In this document: positions 8,217 to 18,900 of the stretch, one piece after another
Position numbering within the stretch: position 1 is the first letter of the stretch
Layout: each line of letters opens with the position of its first letter
Origin: a virus
Taxonomy: Duplodnaviria > Caudoviricetes
DNA length: 28,335 nucleotides
Virus record (IMG/VR): IMGVR_UViG_3300031951_000945
Location: 1 to 28,335 of that record
Strand: one strand, 5' to 3'
Program-made: the position numbers and the translations under genes
Notes under the pieces: model-generated
What the model was told of the DNA's origin: nothing
Databases searched by the model: none
Seen by the model: only the letters and a program-made list of their open reading frames with translations

Positions 8217-8912
8217 ATGGCAACAAATGTATATCAAAGTAAAAATATAAAATTAATTAATGGAGAAGAGTTAGAGATTACTCCATTAAAAATAAAATAT
8301 CTCCGTGAATTTATGGAGGCTTTTGATGACGTTAAAAAATCAAAAAGTGATGACGAGGCCGTAGAATATTTAGTTGAATGTGTAAGAATTTCAATGAAGC
8401 AGTTCTATCCAGAAATATCAAAAAATAAAACAGACATAGAAGATAGTTTTGATATGCCAACAATATATACAATACTAGATATATCTGCTGGAATTAAAAT
8501 AAATGAAAAATCACAGGAAACAGTAAAGGACCAAGCAACAGATAGCGGTTCAACCTGGTCAGACCTAGATTTAGCAAAAATAGAATCAGAGGTATTTTTG
8601 CTGGGAATTTGGAAAGACTATAAAGAATTAGAAGAGTCATTGTCTATGCCAGAATTAATGGCTACATTATCAAGTCGCAGAGAACTTGACTATGAAGAAA
8701 AAAAGTTTCTTGCTGCAATTCAAGGAGTAGATTTAGATAAAGAGTCTGGATCAAATAAAGGACAGCAAGAGTGGGAAGATATGAAGGCTAGAGTATTTAG
8801 TCGTGGAGCAACAAATGATAGCAAAGATATTTTAGCGCTTCAAGGACAAAATGCAAAGAAAGCAGGGTTTGGAATTGGCATGGGTCTTGATTATGAAGAC
8901 CTTAGAAAATAG
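8217..8912 (+). CDS. Tail assembly chaperone, long GT-like form
   Basis: Between tube and TMP genes. N-terminal 97 aa are paralogous to the next ORF; the C-terminal extension (LAKIESEVFLLGIWKDYKELEESLSMPELMATL) is continuous in frame. Confidence 0.75.
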   Translation: MATNVYQSKNIKLINGEELEITPLKIKYLREFMEAFDDVKKSKSDDEAVEYLVECVRISMKQFYPEISKNKTDIEDSFDMPTIYTILDISAGIKINEKSQETVKDQATDSGSTWSDLDLAKIESEVFLLGIWKDYKELEESLSMPELMATLSSRRELDYEEKKFLAAIQGVDLDKESGSNKGQQEWEDMKARVFSRGATNDSKDILALQGQNAKKAGFGIGMGLDYEDLRK

Positions 8913-8920
8913 CGTTTCTG

Positions 8921-8950
8921 TGCTATAATTGCTATTAACCTATAGGAGGA
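8921..8950 (+). promoter_or_regulatory. Extended -10 promoter (TGCTATAAT) and strong RBS (AGGAGGA)
   Basis: TGCTATAAT 8921-8929; AGGAGGA 8944-8950; ATG 8954. Confidence 0.72.
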
Positions 8951-8953
8951 ATA

Positions 8954-9283
8954 ATGGCAACAACTACGCATGAGGAAACAGTCCTTACGCTAATTGATGG
9001 CACAAAGGTTACAGTACGTCCTCTAAAAATCTCTCTACTTCGTCCATTTATGAAGAAGTTTGAGGGTGTGGGAGCAGTGGCGGATAACAACGAAAAATCT
9101 ATGGACATTCTTATGGAATGTGTTCAGATTGCGATGAAACAATACAAGCCAGAACTCTCAGAAGACGTTGAAAAGTTAGAAGAGATTGTTGATCTTCCAA
9201 CTGTTTACAAGATTGTTGAAGCAGCATCAGGTGTAAAACTTGCTGAAGTTTCAGACGTTCTTGGCGTAACTATGGCTGACTAA
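8954..9283 (+). CDS. Tail assembly chaperone, short G-like form
   Basis: 109-aa acidic protein just upstream of the TMP; paralog of the preceding ORF's N-terminus. Confidence 0.78.
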   Translation: MATTTHEETVLTLIDGTKVTVRPLKISLLRPFMKKFEGVGAVADNNEKSMDILMECVQIAMKQYKPELSEDVEKLEEIVDLPTVYKIVEAASGVKLAEVSDVLGVTMAD

Positions 9284-9304
9284 TTTAAAGAGGTATGGAA
9301 CTAA

Positions 9305-12300
9305 ATGGCTGATGTTAATGCAAATATTGACATTAATATTGATTCGTCTGCTGCATTAGCACAGTTAAAATCTCTCCAACGACAGATTGCACAGTTCCAT
9401 ACCTCAATAGCCAAATCAAGTGAGGCAGCAGCACTTGCCCAAAGAGGCTTACAAAAAAATCTTTTAAATAGTATAAACGCAATTAGTGGCCTTACAGCCG
9501 AAATGCGTACAGTAAAAACATCTGCAGAATCTTTTACAAACTCACTAGAAAAAAACAAGTTTTCAATGCGAGAATACTTCCGCTATGCGGGAGCCTCAAC
9601 AAAAACATTTGGTCGTCTATTTAAATCAGAGTTTGACACAATTGGCAGGGTAGCAGAAGAACGTGTAAAGAGACTCCAAACACAATACATTAAGATGGGC
9701 CGTGATACAAACGGTGCAATGAAAGCAATGGCTATTATGCCTACCCAACTTAATATGGGTGATTATGGAACACAGGTTCAACTAGCAGCACAGAAGCAAG
9801 CATTATTTAATCAGTTAATGAAACAGGGCTCTACCAACCTATTGAACTTTGGTAAGAATACCCAGTGGGCTGGTCGTCAATTAATGGTTGGTTTTACCCT
9901 TCCACTTATGGCAGTTGGATCAGCAGCATCAAAAACATTCATGGAGATGGAAGCGCAATCTTTAAGATTTAGAAAAGTTTACGGAGATTTATTTACACCA
10001 CAAGAAGAAACACAGCAAGCACTAGATAACATTACAGCACTTGGTCAAAGTTTTACAAAGTATGGCGTAGCAGTATCTCAAACTGTTGGGTTGGCAGCAG
10101 AGGCTGCAGCAGCAGGTTTTTCTGGTTTAGATCTTCAACGTCAAACATCAGAAGCAACAAGACTTTCTGTGCTTGGTCAAATTGATAGTCAAAAGGCTCT
10201 TGAAACAACAATTTCATTACAAAATGCTTTTCGTATGTCATCTGAAACCCTTGCAGATTCTATTAACTTCTTAAACGCAGTAGAAAACCAAACGGTTGTA
10301 TCTCTAGATGATATTACAACAGCAATTCCAAAAGTTGCTCCAGTTATTCAACAACTTGGTGGAGATGTAAAAGACTTAGCATTTTTTATGGCAGCAATGA
10401 AAGAAGGTGGAATTAATGCATCAGAAGGTGCTAACGCACTTAAGTCTGGTCTTGCAGCATTAATTAATCCAACTAAAAAAGCATCAGACATGCTTAAGTC
10501 ATATGGAATTAATGCAACTGAGATTGTTCAAAAAAACAAAGGTGATCTTAAAGCAACTGTTATTGGTTTTGCTGAAGCACTAAATAGATTAGATCCACTT
10601 GCAAGAGCAAGAGCAATTGAACAAATGTTTGGTAAATTCCAATTTGCTCGTCTATCAACATTATTTGCCAACGTTGCTAGAGATGGAAACCAAGCATCTC
10701 GTGTTCTTGACTTAGCAAATTCTTCTGTTGAAGAACTTTCAGCACTATCTGAAAAAGAATTAGGCATGACCGCTGATTCTGCTATGAATAAATTTAAAAA
10801 GAGTGTTGAAGATTTAAAAATAGCCCTTGTTCCAGTTGGTCAGGCATTTTTACAAGCAGCAACTCCTATAGTTGAATTTGTTGGAAATATTCTTGAAAAG
10901 TTTGCCAATCTTTCAGAAGGAACAAAAAGAGTAATTACATTATTAACTGTTGGAATAGGTGCTGCTGGACCAGTATTGCTTATGACTTTTGGTTTGCTTG
11001 CAAACGGCCTTGCAAATATTATTAAACTATTCTTAACTCTTCGTAATGGATATTTAAGATTAACTGGACAAACACAGGTTCTTGGCGAACAAACACAATA
11101 TATGACAATGGAGCAGTTGGATGCTGCAGCAGCAGCACACTCTCTTAATCAAACACATGCTAACCTAACACAAACATTTACAGCAGAAGCATCTGCAGTT
11201 AAAGACTTAGTTAAAGCATATCAATCTGCAATTTTAGCATCATCAAAGTTTGCATCAGCAAATCCAGGAATGATGATGCCAATCAAGGGACGTAAAAAGT
11301 TTGCAAAGGGTGGGGTTGTTCCAGGATCTGGAAACGGAGATACTGTTCCAGCAATGCTTACTCCTGGTGAAGTGGTTATTCCAAAGGGTATTGCTAAAGA
11401 AAATATGTCGCTGCTTTCTTCATTAATGTCTGGCAAGGTTGCACGTAGATATGCAGAAGGTACATTAAATGTAGGTGGTAAAGCAGTTCAAATGCAGTTC
11501 TTAAATGCTAAGAACATGTCTGCTATACAGAATATTATTAATAAACTTGTTTCTGGTGCTGCTAAATTAAGTGATGCAGAAGGTGTTGTTGCTGAAACTC
11601 TTTATAGATTATCAACAGACACAAAAGCAAGTGCTACTAAATTTGTTAAAGAACTTGACATTGTTGCAGGAGAAATGGAAAAAATACAGATTCCTGAAAA
11701 CATTGTTGGAGAAAGAGATTATAGTGCATCTGGAGCGGGTATAAAGGGTAGTGTCGCAACACAATTAGGGACAACAAGAGGTGCTGCAGGTGCAGAAGAA
11801 TATCGTCGTGCACAAATTGCTGCAGAAGCAACTCAAAAGGCATACGAGGCAATGGGTGTAAGTGGTCAACAATTAGCACAATCAATTCAAGTAGACCGTG
11901 CACATATTGTTGAGGTAACGCAAGCAGAAAAACGCTACAGAGAAGCATGGGATACTAGATTATTTGTTGCACAGGCAAGAGCAGAAAATGAAATGAGTAT
12001 GCTTTTAACAAATGAAAAAAATCAAAAAGCATATGTAAGTGTTCTTCAGCAATCAGGTGAGTCTGAAGAAATGAAACGTTCAATACTCAATAAAATTACA
12101 AAAGATATTGCACTAACAGAAGATGAGTTACAGGCTCAAGTAAGAATCCTTGAAGCAATGCAAAAAGATACTGCACTTATGAAAACAACAACTGGACAGT
12201 TTGGAAGAGTTGCAGTTGGAACTATTGCTGCAGGTAAAGCAAGAGCAGCATTGGGTCCAGCATCCTCTGGTGTTGGTTCAAGAACTGCAGCAGAAACAGA

Positions 12301-15300
12301 GATGGCACGACAAGCATTAATTAGAACAAAATTTAGAGGCGATACAACATTTATTAGAAAATTACAAGGACAAGGAACACAGGCAGTTGATAATTTAATT
12401 ATTGCTATGGAAAAACGTGCACAAACAAAGTCTCCATCAAGAAGAACAAGAAAACTAGGAAAAGATATTATGTCTGGACTAGTTGTTGGAATGCAAGATG
12501 AAGAAAGAATCCTTCAGGCACAAGCACAAAAAACAGCAGATATTGCAACACTATCAAAAACAAGTTTATATGGAACAACAGGTGGAATTGATCCTGTTCA
12601 AAAATCTATTCGTAGACAATTAGATAAGAGAGCAAGGCTTTCTGAAATTCAACAGGGTATGGCAATAGGCCCAAATGTAATGGGTATGATGGGACAACAG
12701 CCAACACAAAAACCAAGCGTACTTGGAAGACTAAGAAATGTTAATCCAATGAAAGCAAGCATGGGGATTATGGGTATTGGAATGGCTGGCTCTATGCTTC
12801 CAGGAAGGGCTGGACAAGTTGCTGGACAGGCTACTGGTGCTGCATTTATTGCACAAGCACTGCTGATGCTTCCTGGACCACTTAAATTGGTTGCTGGAGC
12901 ACTTGCAGCAGGATATGGAATTATGAAAGTAGCAAACTTCTTTAGACAAAAAGAAATTGATGCTATTCAAGGTGTTGGTAGGGCTGCTAACTTAACGTCA
13001 ACACAATTAGATAAACTTGGAGAGGTTTTAGGGTTTACACCATTAAAGAGTAATCTTGAAATGGCAAAGCCAGCGGTATCTGGATTAACTACAGAACAAA
13101 GTAAACAAGTTGAAGAAACAAGAAAGTTATTAGCAAGCGATAAAGATTTTAAGGGACAGGTTAAAGCAGTTAGTAGTGCAACAGAACAAGAAGCAGACCT
13201 TATATTTAAATCTTTAGCCATAAGACTTGCTGGACAAGGTGCAACTAAACAAGCAATTCAGAACTATATCTATGCACTACAACAAGAAGCAGGAAGAACT
13301 GCTGTTAAGTTTGACCTAAAGAGTATTGACTTAAGTACAAAAGAAGGACGAGCAGGACTACAAGGTTCTATAAATACATTATTAAAAGACTATCAAACTG
13401 AATTTAATAAAGGATATAAGAAAACTAAGGTAGTTGTTGGTGGCGGAAAGGGTGGAGTAGTAGTAAAAGAGGTAGAAGTTTTAACTAAAGATCTTAAGAA
13501 ACAACTATCAACAGTTTCAAATGTTGTTGCTAATACCTTTATGGGTCTTGATACACAACTAAGATCTGGCATTATTAATGCAGATCAATTTAGTCAATCA
13601 TTTGATGGTATTTCTTCAAGTATACAAAAAATGCCAAAGGCCAACGCACTATACCTAATGTCAGAATTAATGAAGTCTCTACCTTCAGAACTTGCAAACT
13701 CAGCAGCAGGAATTAAAAATGTTTCTGATCAAATGATGATTCTCAAAGCAGCAACTCTTGGCGTGTCCGTGTCTGCAGCAATGCTTAGTGCACTTGCAGT
13801 GCAAAGTGGTGAAGGTGGAAGTGAGCGCACCAAGGGAAGAATTAGAGCACAACTAACAAAACAAATTAAAGAACGAATGAAAATGGCAGAAGAAATTGCA
13901 AACTCTCTTGGTGGAACAGAATCTGGAGGTGGAGCCCCAGGCCTTACTAATATGGAAAAATACAATAAGGCATATGCAATTATTAAGAATTTCTTTGATG
14001 CTCAAGAAGCACTAATTAGACGTCAAAGAAAGTCAGAAGCAGATCTATTACAGTCAAAGATTGATAATGCTCAAAAAGCAGTAGATGCTGCACAAAAAGA
14101 AATTGATGCTAAACAAGAATTAATTGATGCAAATAATCATGAAGCAGATTTATTAAATCGTAAAATTGAACTTAATTATGATAGACCAATTCAAAAGTTA
14201 CAAGATGAATCAACAATATTAAATAATAATCTTGAAATTATTCGTAAGCAAGAAGATGGAATTAATAAACAGTATGATGCACAAATTGACGCACTTGAAA
14301 AAATTTCATCACTTAATCAAGAACTTGCTACACAGGAAAAATCAAGACTTACAATTGCAGATGCACTAACATCTGGAGATATTTCTGCAGCAGCCTTTGC
14401 CGTACAAGAAGCACGAGCAGCCTCAGCAGCAGCAAGAATAGAGCAACAACAGACTTCAATGGAAGCATCACGCCAAGCAGCACTTATTGGACTAACTGCT
14501 GGTGGAATGACTAAAGATCAAATTGAAGCACGTACATATCAGATTGGCCAACAGACATTTTTACTTGAGCAACAAAAGAAAGTTTTGCAAGATCAGATTA
14601 CAGTTATTCAAGATAAAAACTATACGATTGAACAACAAATATATGCAATTAAACAAGCATCAGTAGTTCCAAATCAAAAAATTGTTGATAGCACTTCAGA
14701 AATTCTTAAAAATTATAATGAAACAACAGATAAAATAGTTGCTAGCGTTAAATATCTTGGACAAAGCGCAGATGCTTGGGAAGCAAATAGAATTAAAGTA
14801 GAGGCTGCAAATACACAGGTTGAGTTTACTAAGAAAAACCTACAGGCAGCAAAATCAGCAGCAGAGGGAATATTTGCAGCATGGAATAAAATAACAAGTA
14901 AAGTAATTACAATTACAACAAATTATGTTACTACTGGATCAACTTCTACAGCAAAGAAAATGTATGGTGGAAAAATAAATCCAATGTCTATGGGTGGCGT
15001 TGTACCTAAATATTTTGCAAGTGGTGGAAGAATAGGTTCTGATTCAGTTCCTACAATGTTAACTCCTGGAGAGTTTGTTGTAAATAAGGCAGCATCTAAG
15101 AGATTTGGACCATTGCTTGAATCTATTAATGAATCTAAATACCCATCAATGATTGGTTCTGGTGCTTCAGGTTATAGCACTCCAATTAATAATGTATCTA
15201 GTTCAGTAAGCGATAACTCTACGGCAGTGTATAATTATAGTTTAGGCTTTAACATTAATGGAACTAACTCAAATGCTAATGATATAGCAAAGGCAGTTAT

Positions 15301-15352
15301 GAGAGAAATTAAAAATGTTGATGCACAAAGAATTAGGGGACAAAGACAATAA
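9305..15352 (+). CDS. Tail tape measure protein (TP901-like core), 2015 aa
   Basis: Very long Ala/Gly/Gln-rich helical protein after the chaperones. Has TP901-type core motifs (GINASEGANALKSGLAAL, IEQMFGK), hydrophobic segments near aa 545-580 and 1150-1210, and a long coiled coil near aa 1560-1870. Confidence 0.95.
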   Translation: MADVNANIDINIDSSAALAQLKSLQRQIAQFHTSIAKSSEAAALAQRGLQKNLLNSINAISGLTAEMRTVKTSAESFTNSLEKNKFSMREYFRYAGASTKTFGRLFKSEFDTIGRVAEERVKRLQTQYIKMGRDTNGAMKAMAIMPTQLNMGDYGTQVQLAAQKQALFNQLMKQGSTNLLNFGKNTQWAGRQLMVGFTLPLMAVGSAASKTFMEMEAQSLRFRKVYGDLFTPQEETQQALDNITALGQSFTKYGVAVSQTVGLAAEAAAAGFSGLDLQRQTSEATRLSVLGQIDSQKALETTISLQNAFRMSSETLADSINFLNAVENQTVVSLDDITTAIPKVAPVIQQLGGDVKDLAFFMAAMKEGGINASEGANALKSGLAALINPTKKASDMLKSYGINATEIVQKNKGDLKATVIGFAEALNRLDPLARARAIEQMFGKFQFARLSTLFANVARDGNQASRVLDLANSSVEELSALSEKELGMTADSAMNKFKKSVEDLKIALVPVGQAFLQAATPIVEFVGNILEKFANLSEGTKRVITLLTVGIGAAGPVLLMTFGLLANGLANIIKLFLTLRNGYLRLTGQTQVLGEQTQYMTMEQLDAAAAAHSLNQTHANLTQTFTAEASAVKDLVKAYQSAILASSKFASANPGMMMPIKGRKKFAKGGVVPGSGNGDTVPAMLTPGEVVIPKGIAKENMSLLSSLMSGKVARRYAEGTLNVGGKAVQMQFLNAKNMSAIQNIINKLVSGAAKLSDAEGVVAETLYRLSTDTKASATKFVKELDIVAGEMEKIQIPENIVGERDYSASGAGIKGSVATQLGTTRGAAGAEEYRRAQIAAEATQKAYEAMGVSGQQLAQSIQVDRAHIVEVTQAEKRYREAWDTRLFVAQARAENEMSMLLTNEKNQKAYVSVLQQSGESEEMKRSILNKITKDIALTEDELQAQVRILEAMQKDTALMKTTTGQFGRVAVGTIAAGKARAALGPASSGVGSRTAAETEMARQALIRTKFRGDTTFIRKLQGQGTQAVDNLIIAMEKRAQTKSPSRRTRKLGKDIMSGLVVGMQDEERILQAQAQKTADIATLSKTSLYGTTGGIDPVQKSIRRQLDKRARLSEIQQGMAIGPNVMGMMGQQPTQKPSVLGRLRNVNPMKASMGIMGIGMAGSMLPGRAGQVAGQATGAAFIAQALLMLPGPLKLVAGALAAGYGIMKVANFFRQKEIDAIQGVGRAANLTSTQLDKLGEVLGFTPLKSNLEMAKPAVSGLTTEQSKQVEETRKLLASDKDFKGQVKAVSSATEQEADLIFKSLAIRLAGQGATKQAIQNYIYALQQEAGRTAVKFDLKSIDLSTKEGRAGLQGSINTLLKDYQTEFNKGYKKTKVVVGGGKGGVVVKEVEVLTKDLKKQLSTVSNVVANTFMGLDTQLRSGIINADQFSQSFDGISSSIQKMPKANALYLMSELMKSLPSELANSAAGIKNVSDQMMILKAATLGVSVSAAMLSALAVQSGEGGSERTKGRIRAQLTKQIKERMKMAEEIANSLGGTESGGGAPGLTNMEKYNKAYAIIKNFFDAQEALIRRQRKSEADLLQSKIDNAQKAVDAAQKEIDAKQELIDANNHEADLLNRKIELNYDRPIQKLQDESTILNNNLEIIRKQEDGINKQYDAQIDALEKISSLNQELATQEKSRLTIADALTSGDISAAAFAVQEARAASAAARIEQQQTSMEASRQAALIGLTAGGMTKDQIEARTYQIGQQTFLLEQQKKVLQDQITVIQDKNYTIEQQIYAIKQASVVPNQKIVDSTSEILKNYNETTDKIVASVKYLGQSADAWEANRIKVEAANTQVEFTKKNLQAAKSAAEGIFAAWNKITSKVITITTNYVTTGSTSTAKKMYGGKINPMSMGGVVPKYFASGGRIGSDSVPTMLTPGEFVVNKAASKRFGPLLESINESKYPSMIGSGASGYSTPINNVSSSVSDNSTAVYNYSLGFNINGTNSNANDIAKAVMREIKNVDAQRIRGQRQ

Positions 15353-15987
15353 TGGCTACCAGTGCATATTTAACAGGAAGACGTAGATATTCTAGACCAC
15401 AGGGCATCTTATGGTCAAACAACGCTGGAACGCTTTCTAATGGCCTATATGTGCCCAATGGCATAGAAGTAGGGGCAGACACTGAAGAAACAGATCCAAA
15501 TCTATTAGATCAGTTTATTATATTGTCTGATCATAATAGAAGTGATATGCAATTTAATACACAAAGAATTGAACAAAGACAAAGAACTATTAATGGTCGT
15601 ATGCGTTCTTATCATATTGCAGATAAACTTAGCATGTCTGTTTCCTGGAATATGCTTCCATCACGAGGTTATGCTGGTTTGCCAGGGTATAGCGAAACAA
15701 CAGGATTATCACCAGATATAAGAACAACAGATGAATATACCGCAGATGGTGGTGCAGGTGGAGGAGAATTACTTGATTGGTATGAAACACATCAAGGACC
15801 ATTTTGGATGTATTTAGCATATGATAAATATAAAAATCTTGAGGGACAGGATTATCAATATAATGCTTTAAATAGATATAATCAAATTGTTCAGGTTTAT
15901 TTTTCAGACTTTAATTATTCTGTTGTAAAACGTGGAGCAAGCAATCACGACCTTTGGAACATATCGGTAACACTGGAAGAAGTTTAA
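15352..15987 (+). CDS. Putative distal tail protein (Dit-like)
   Basis: Immediately after the TMP (TAATG); ends WNISVTLEEV; RTINGRMRSY motif; synteny. Confidence 0.6.
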   Translation: MATSAYLTGRRRYSRPQGILWSNNAGTLSNGLYVPNGIEVGADTEETDPNLLDQFIILSDHNRSDMQFNTQRIEQRQRTINGRMRSYHIADKLSMSVSWNMLPSRGYAGLPGYSETTGLSPDIRTTDEYTADGGAGGGELLDWYETHQGPFWMYLAYDKYKNLEGQDYQYNALNRYNQIVQVYFSDFNYSVVKRGASNHDLWNISVTLEEV

Positions 15988-18900
15988 ATGTTTGAAAGTA
16001 CAGAATTAAAAAATCACTTTGAAACATCTGCAACAGTTAGAACTGAGTCATTAGTTCTTGCTGAGTGGAACATGAATATGCCAGACAATATATATAAACT
16101 TGGTAATTATAGATATAGGTCTCAAGAACCAAATTCACAATTTTTAACACTTCTCAACACATTTGATAATGCAGATACTGGAAATTTTTATACAGGAGCA
16201 ACAGATGCCGATGTTATTATTGATGGTGGTTTTGAAAATAATGGAACTCCACAAGTCTTTACATCAATAAAAGAAAAAAATAAGTTGCTGTATTCATTAG
16301 AAGATTGCGTAAAACCTTTTAGACCAAGATCTGGTATTAACAAAGCAACATTTTTTAATGGTAAATATTTATCAAACTCTGGTAGTGAACTTGCAAGAAG
16401 GCCAAGATATTATATGCCATCTAGATATGATCAATTTAAATATTGGACATCATTTAGAACTGAATCTGGGACAGAGCGTGGTATTGCCAATATCACTGTT
16501 AATGGAAACTATTATATAGATGATGCGGTTCCATTTGTAGTTTATAAAGAAAATATACCAGCAAATAGGATTGTTATAAAAATGCAAACAAATGTAGGAG
16601 ACGTTGATCTTGGAACATTTACAGATATTTCAAAAACATTTGCAGATCCATTTTTTGGAAATAACAATAAAACAACTCCCACAAGGTGGAAAATTCAATA
16701 TTTAAATGAAAACAATTGGACAGACGCATATGTATTTAATGAAAATGATTTACGTGAAGATGGAACTCAAATAATTAAAAATGATGGATATGTTGAACTA
16801 CAATATGGTTTAACAAATATACCAGATAAATTTAAAGATACCTTTATTATTGCAGAAACGCTATCGTCTAGCACACTTCTTCCAACAGTTTCAATAACTG
16901 GATATTCATATTTAGTAATTGAAAATAGTGAAGATGTAGGAACTTTTTATGTTTGGAATGGAACAACAAACGAGTATGAAACCTTTATCCCATCATATGG
17001 ATGGATACTTGGAAATGAAGAAATAAATAATAAAACAACCTTTGTAAAAGATTTAACAAATCCTGCATATTTTAAAGAAGGAATAAATGGAAACACAGTT
17101 TATAGAGAGTTTCAGAATATTCGTGGAATAAGAGTTGCAGTAGAAAGAATGAATAAGTTTGAATCTACTTTTGACTTAATTGAAATGTCTCCAAGACTAG
17201 TAGTAGATATATCCGATAAAGTTATTGAATACAGTGTTAAAAAAATTCTTTCAGATCTTGGAAATTCTGCTTTGCCAGTCGGACAATTATTAGCATCAAC
17301 TGGGTCGCTGTCTTTATTTGACGACGATCAAGCATTTAATGATAACAATACTGCAAGTATAGTAAAAGATTATATTCGTAAAAATATTAAATTTAACTTT
17401 TATGAAAAAATATTAAATGTAGAAGGCTTTGATTATTGGGTTCCAATTAAAACTTTATATTCAGATGGTTTTCCACAGGCAGACATAACTGCAGGAACAT
17501 TACAACTACAACTAAGAGATTTTTATTTTTTCTTAGAATCAATGCCTGCACCAAGAATTCTTACAACAGAGACATCTCTTAGTTATGCAATTAGTTTATT
17601 GCTTGATTATGTTGGTTTTAGCAATTATGTTTTTTATAGAGAGACTAATGAACCAGAGCCAATTATTCCATTTTTCTTTATTGCTCCAGATCAAACTGTC
17701 GCAGAAGTTTTAAATCAACTTGCAGTGTCAACACAAAGTGCAATGTTTTTTGATGAATATAATAATTTTATTGTAATGAGCAAAAACTATATGTTGCCAA
17801 CATCACGAGAAATAGATATAACTTTATCTGGCTCTACCAATCAGTCACAGAGTGGAATTATTGAAAACCAAACATCTGGAACTTTACCAAATATTATTTC
17901 TATTGCATCAAAAGATAAAAAAGTTTATAATAATGGAAAGATAAATTATACATCTAGATATATACAAAGATCTTATGGATCTATTCGTCAATCAAGTATG
18001 ATAGATAAAGAAAAAACATGGATATATAAACCATCACTTTTATGGGAAGTTTCTGGAACTGACTCAACAAAAACAATAAATGAAATTGCATCAAAACAAG
18101 GTAAGTATGTTCTGGGCGCAATGCCACTTAACTCAGACCTACCTGCAGTTGTTCCAACAGTTGTAAACCATGAAATTATAAATAATATTATGGACTTAGG
18201 AGAAAACGTATATTGGCTTACACGATACCAAGGATATTTTTATTCTAATGGAGAAGTAATTAAATATGATGCAGCAGAATTTAATGTTACTGGAATTGGA
18301 AATGTATGGATTTCAAGCAACCAAGAATATCAAAACTATTTTAAATCTATTCCATTTAATGGAAAGATATATCCAACAGGATTAATTAGAATATATACGG
18401 TTCCTTATTTTGAAACAGTTGATGGAATAACTCGTTTGCAAAATGGGGAAGTATCAGAGCATGGTCGTAAACAATTTGGAACAGAAATTGCAGAACACTT
18501 TGCTGGAATTAACCCTTACTGGTCAAATAACGACTATGTAAAAGGTTGTGAGATGCAGTCTCAATATTTATTTACAACAACACTATTAGAAGATATTTCT
18601 TTACCAGCAACAAGTCTGGGTGCTGCAGGAGTAAATAATACAAAGGCTAGACAGACATCTAGGGGTGGAACAATTAAAAACTTTATGTCGTCAAGCCATA
18701 TAACTGAAACTACAGTAAACAACAATATATCTACACAGTCTGGTACAGTTCAATCTTCTGCGTTAGTTATGAATGGACCATCTTTTACAACAACAGAAAC
18801 CCCAATAAATCTTGTTTCTTATGTATATAAAGAATTAAATAACTCATATAAGCATTTTGGAGCAAGGGTAAGAGTTATTGGAAAAATAGAAAATAATGAA

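Noticed and set aside
8699-8705. In-frame A-AAA-AAG slippery heptamer in the long chaperone gene
   Set aside because: It lies at residue ~162, well past the paralog boundary, and the -1 frame stops after about a dozen codons; explained by E-K-K codons.
9284-9290. TTTAAAG slippery-type heptamer after the short chaperone
   Set aside because: It follows the TAA stop (9281-9283), so elongating ribosomes would not reach it, and there is no room for a T-like ORF before the TMP.
9272-9313. ATGGCTGA repeat (chaperone ends MAD, TMP begins MAD) and mini-ORF MELNG at 9295-9312
   Set aside because: An 8-nt repeat is within chance, and the mini-ORF ATG abuts the SD with no spacing.
15223-15236. GGCAGTGTATAATT in the TMP 3' end, resembling the tube promoter
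   Set aside because: No TGn extension or -35, and TATAAT is common in this AT-rich DNA (CAGTATAAT also occurs inside the portal gene near 1039). Possible but unsupported.
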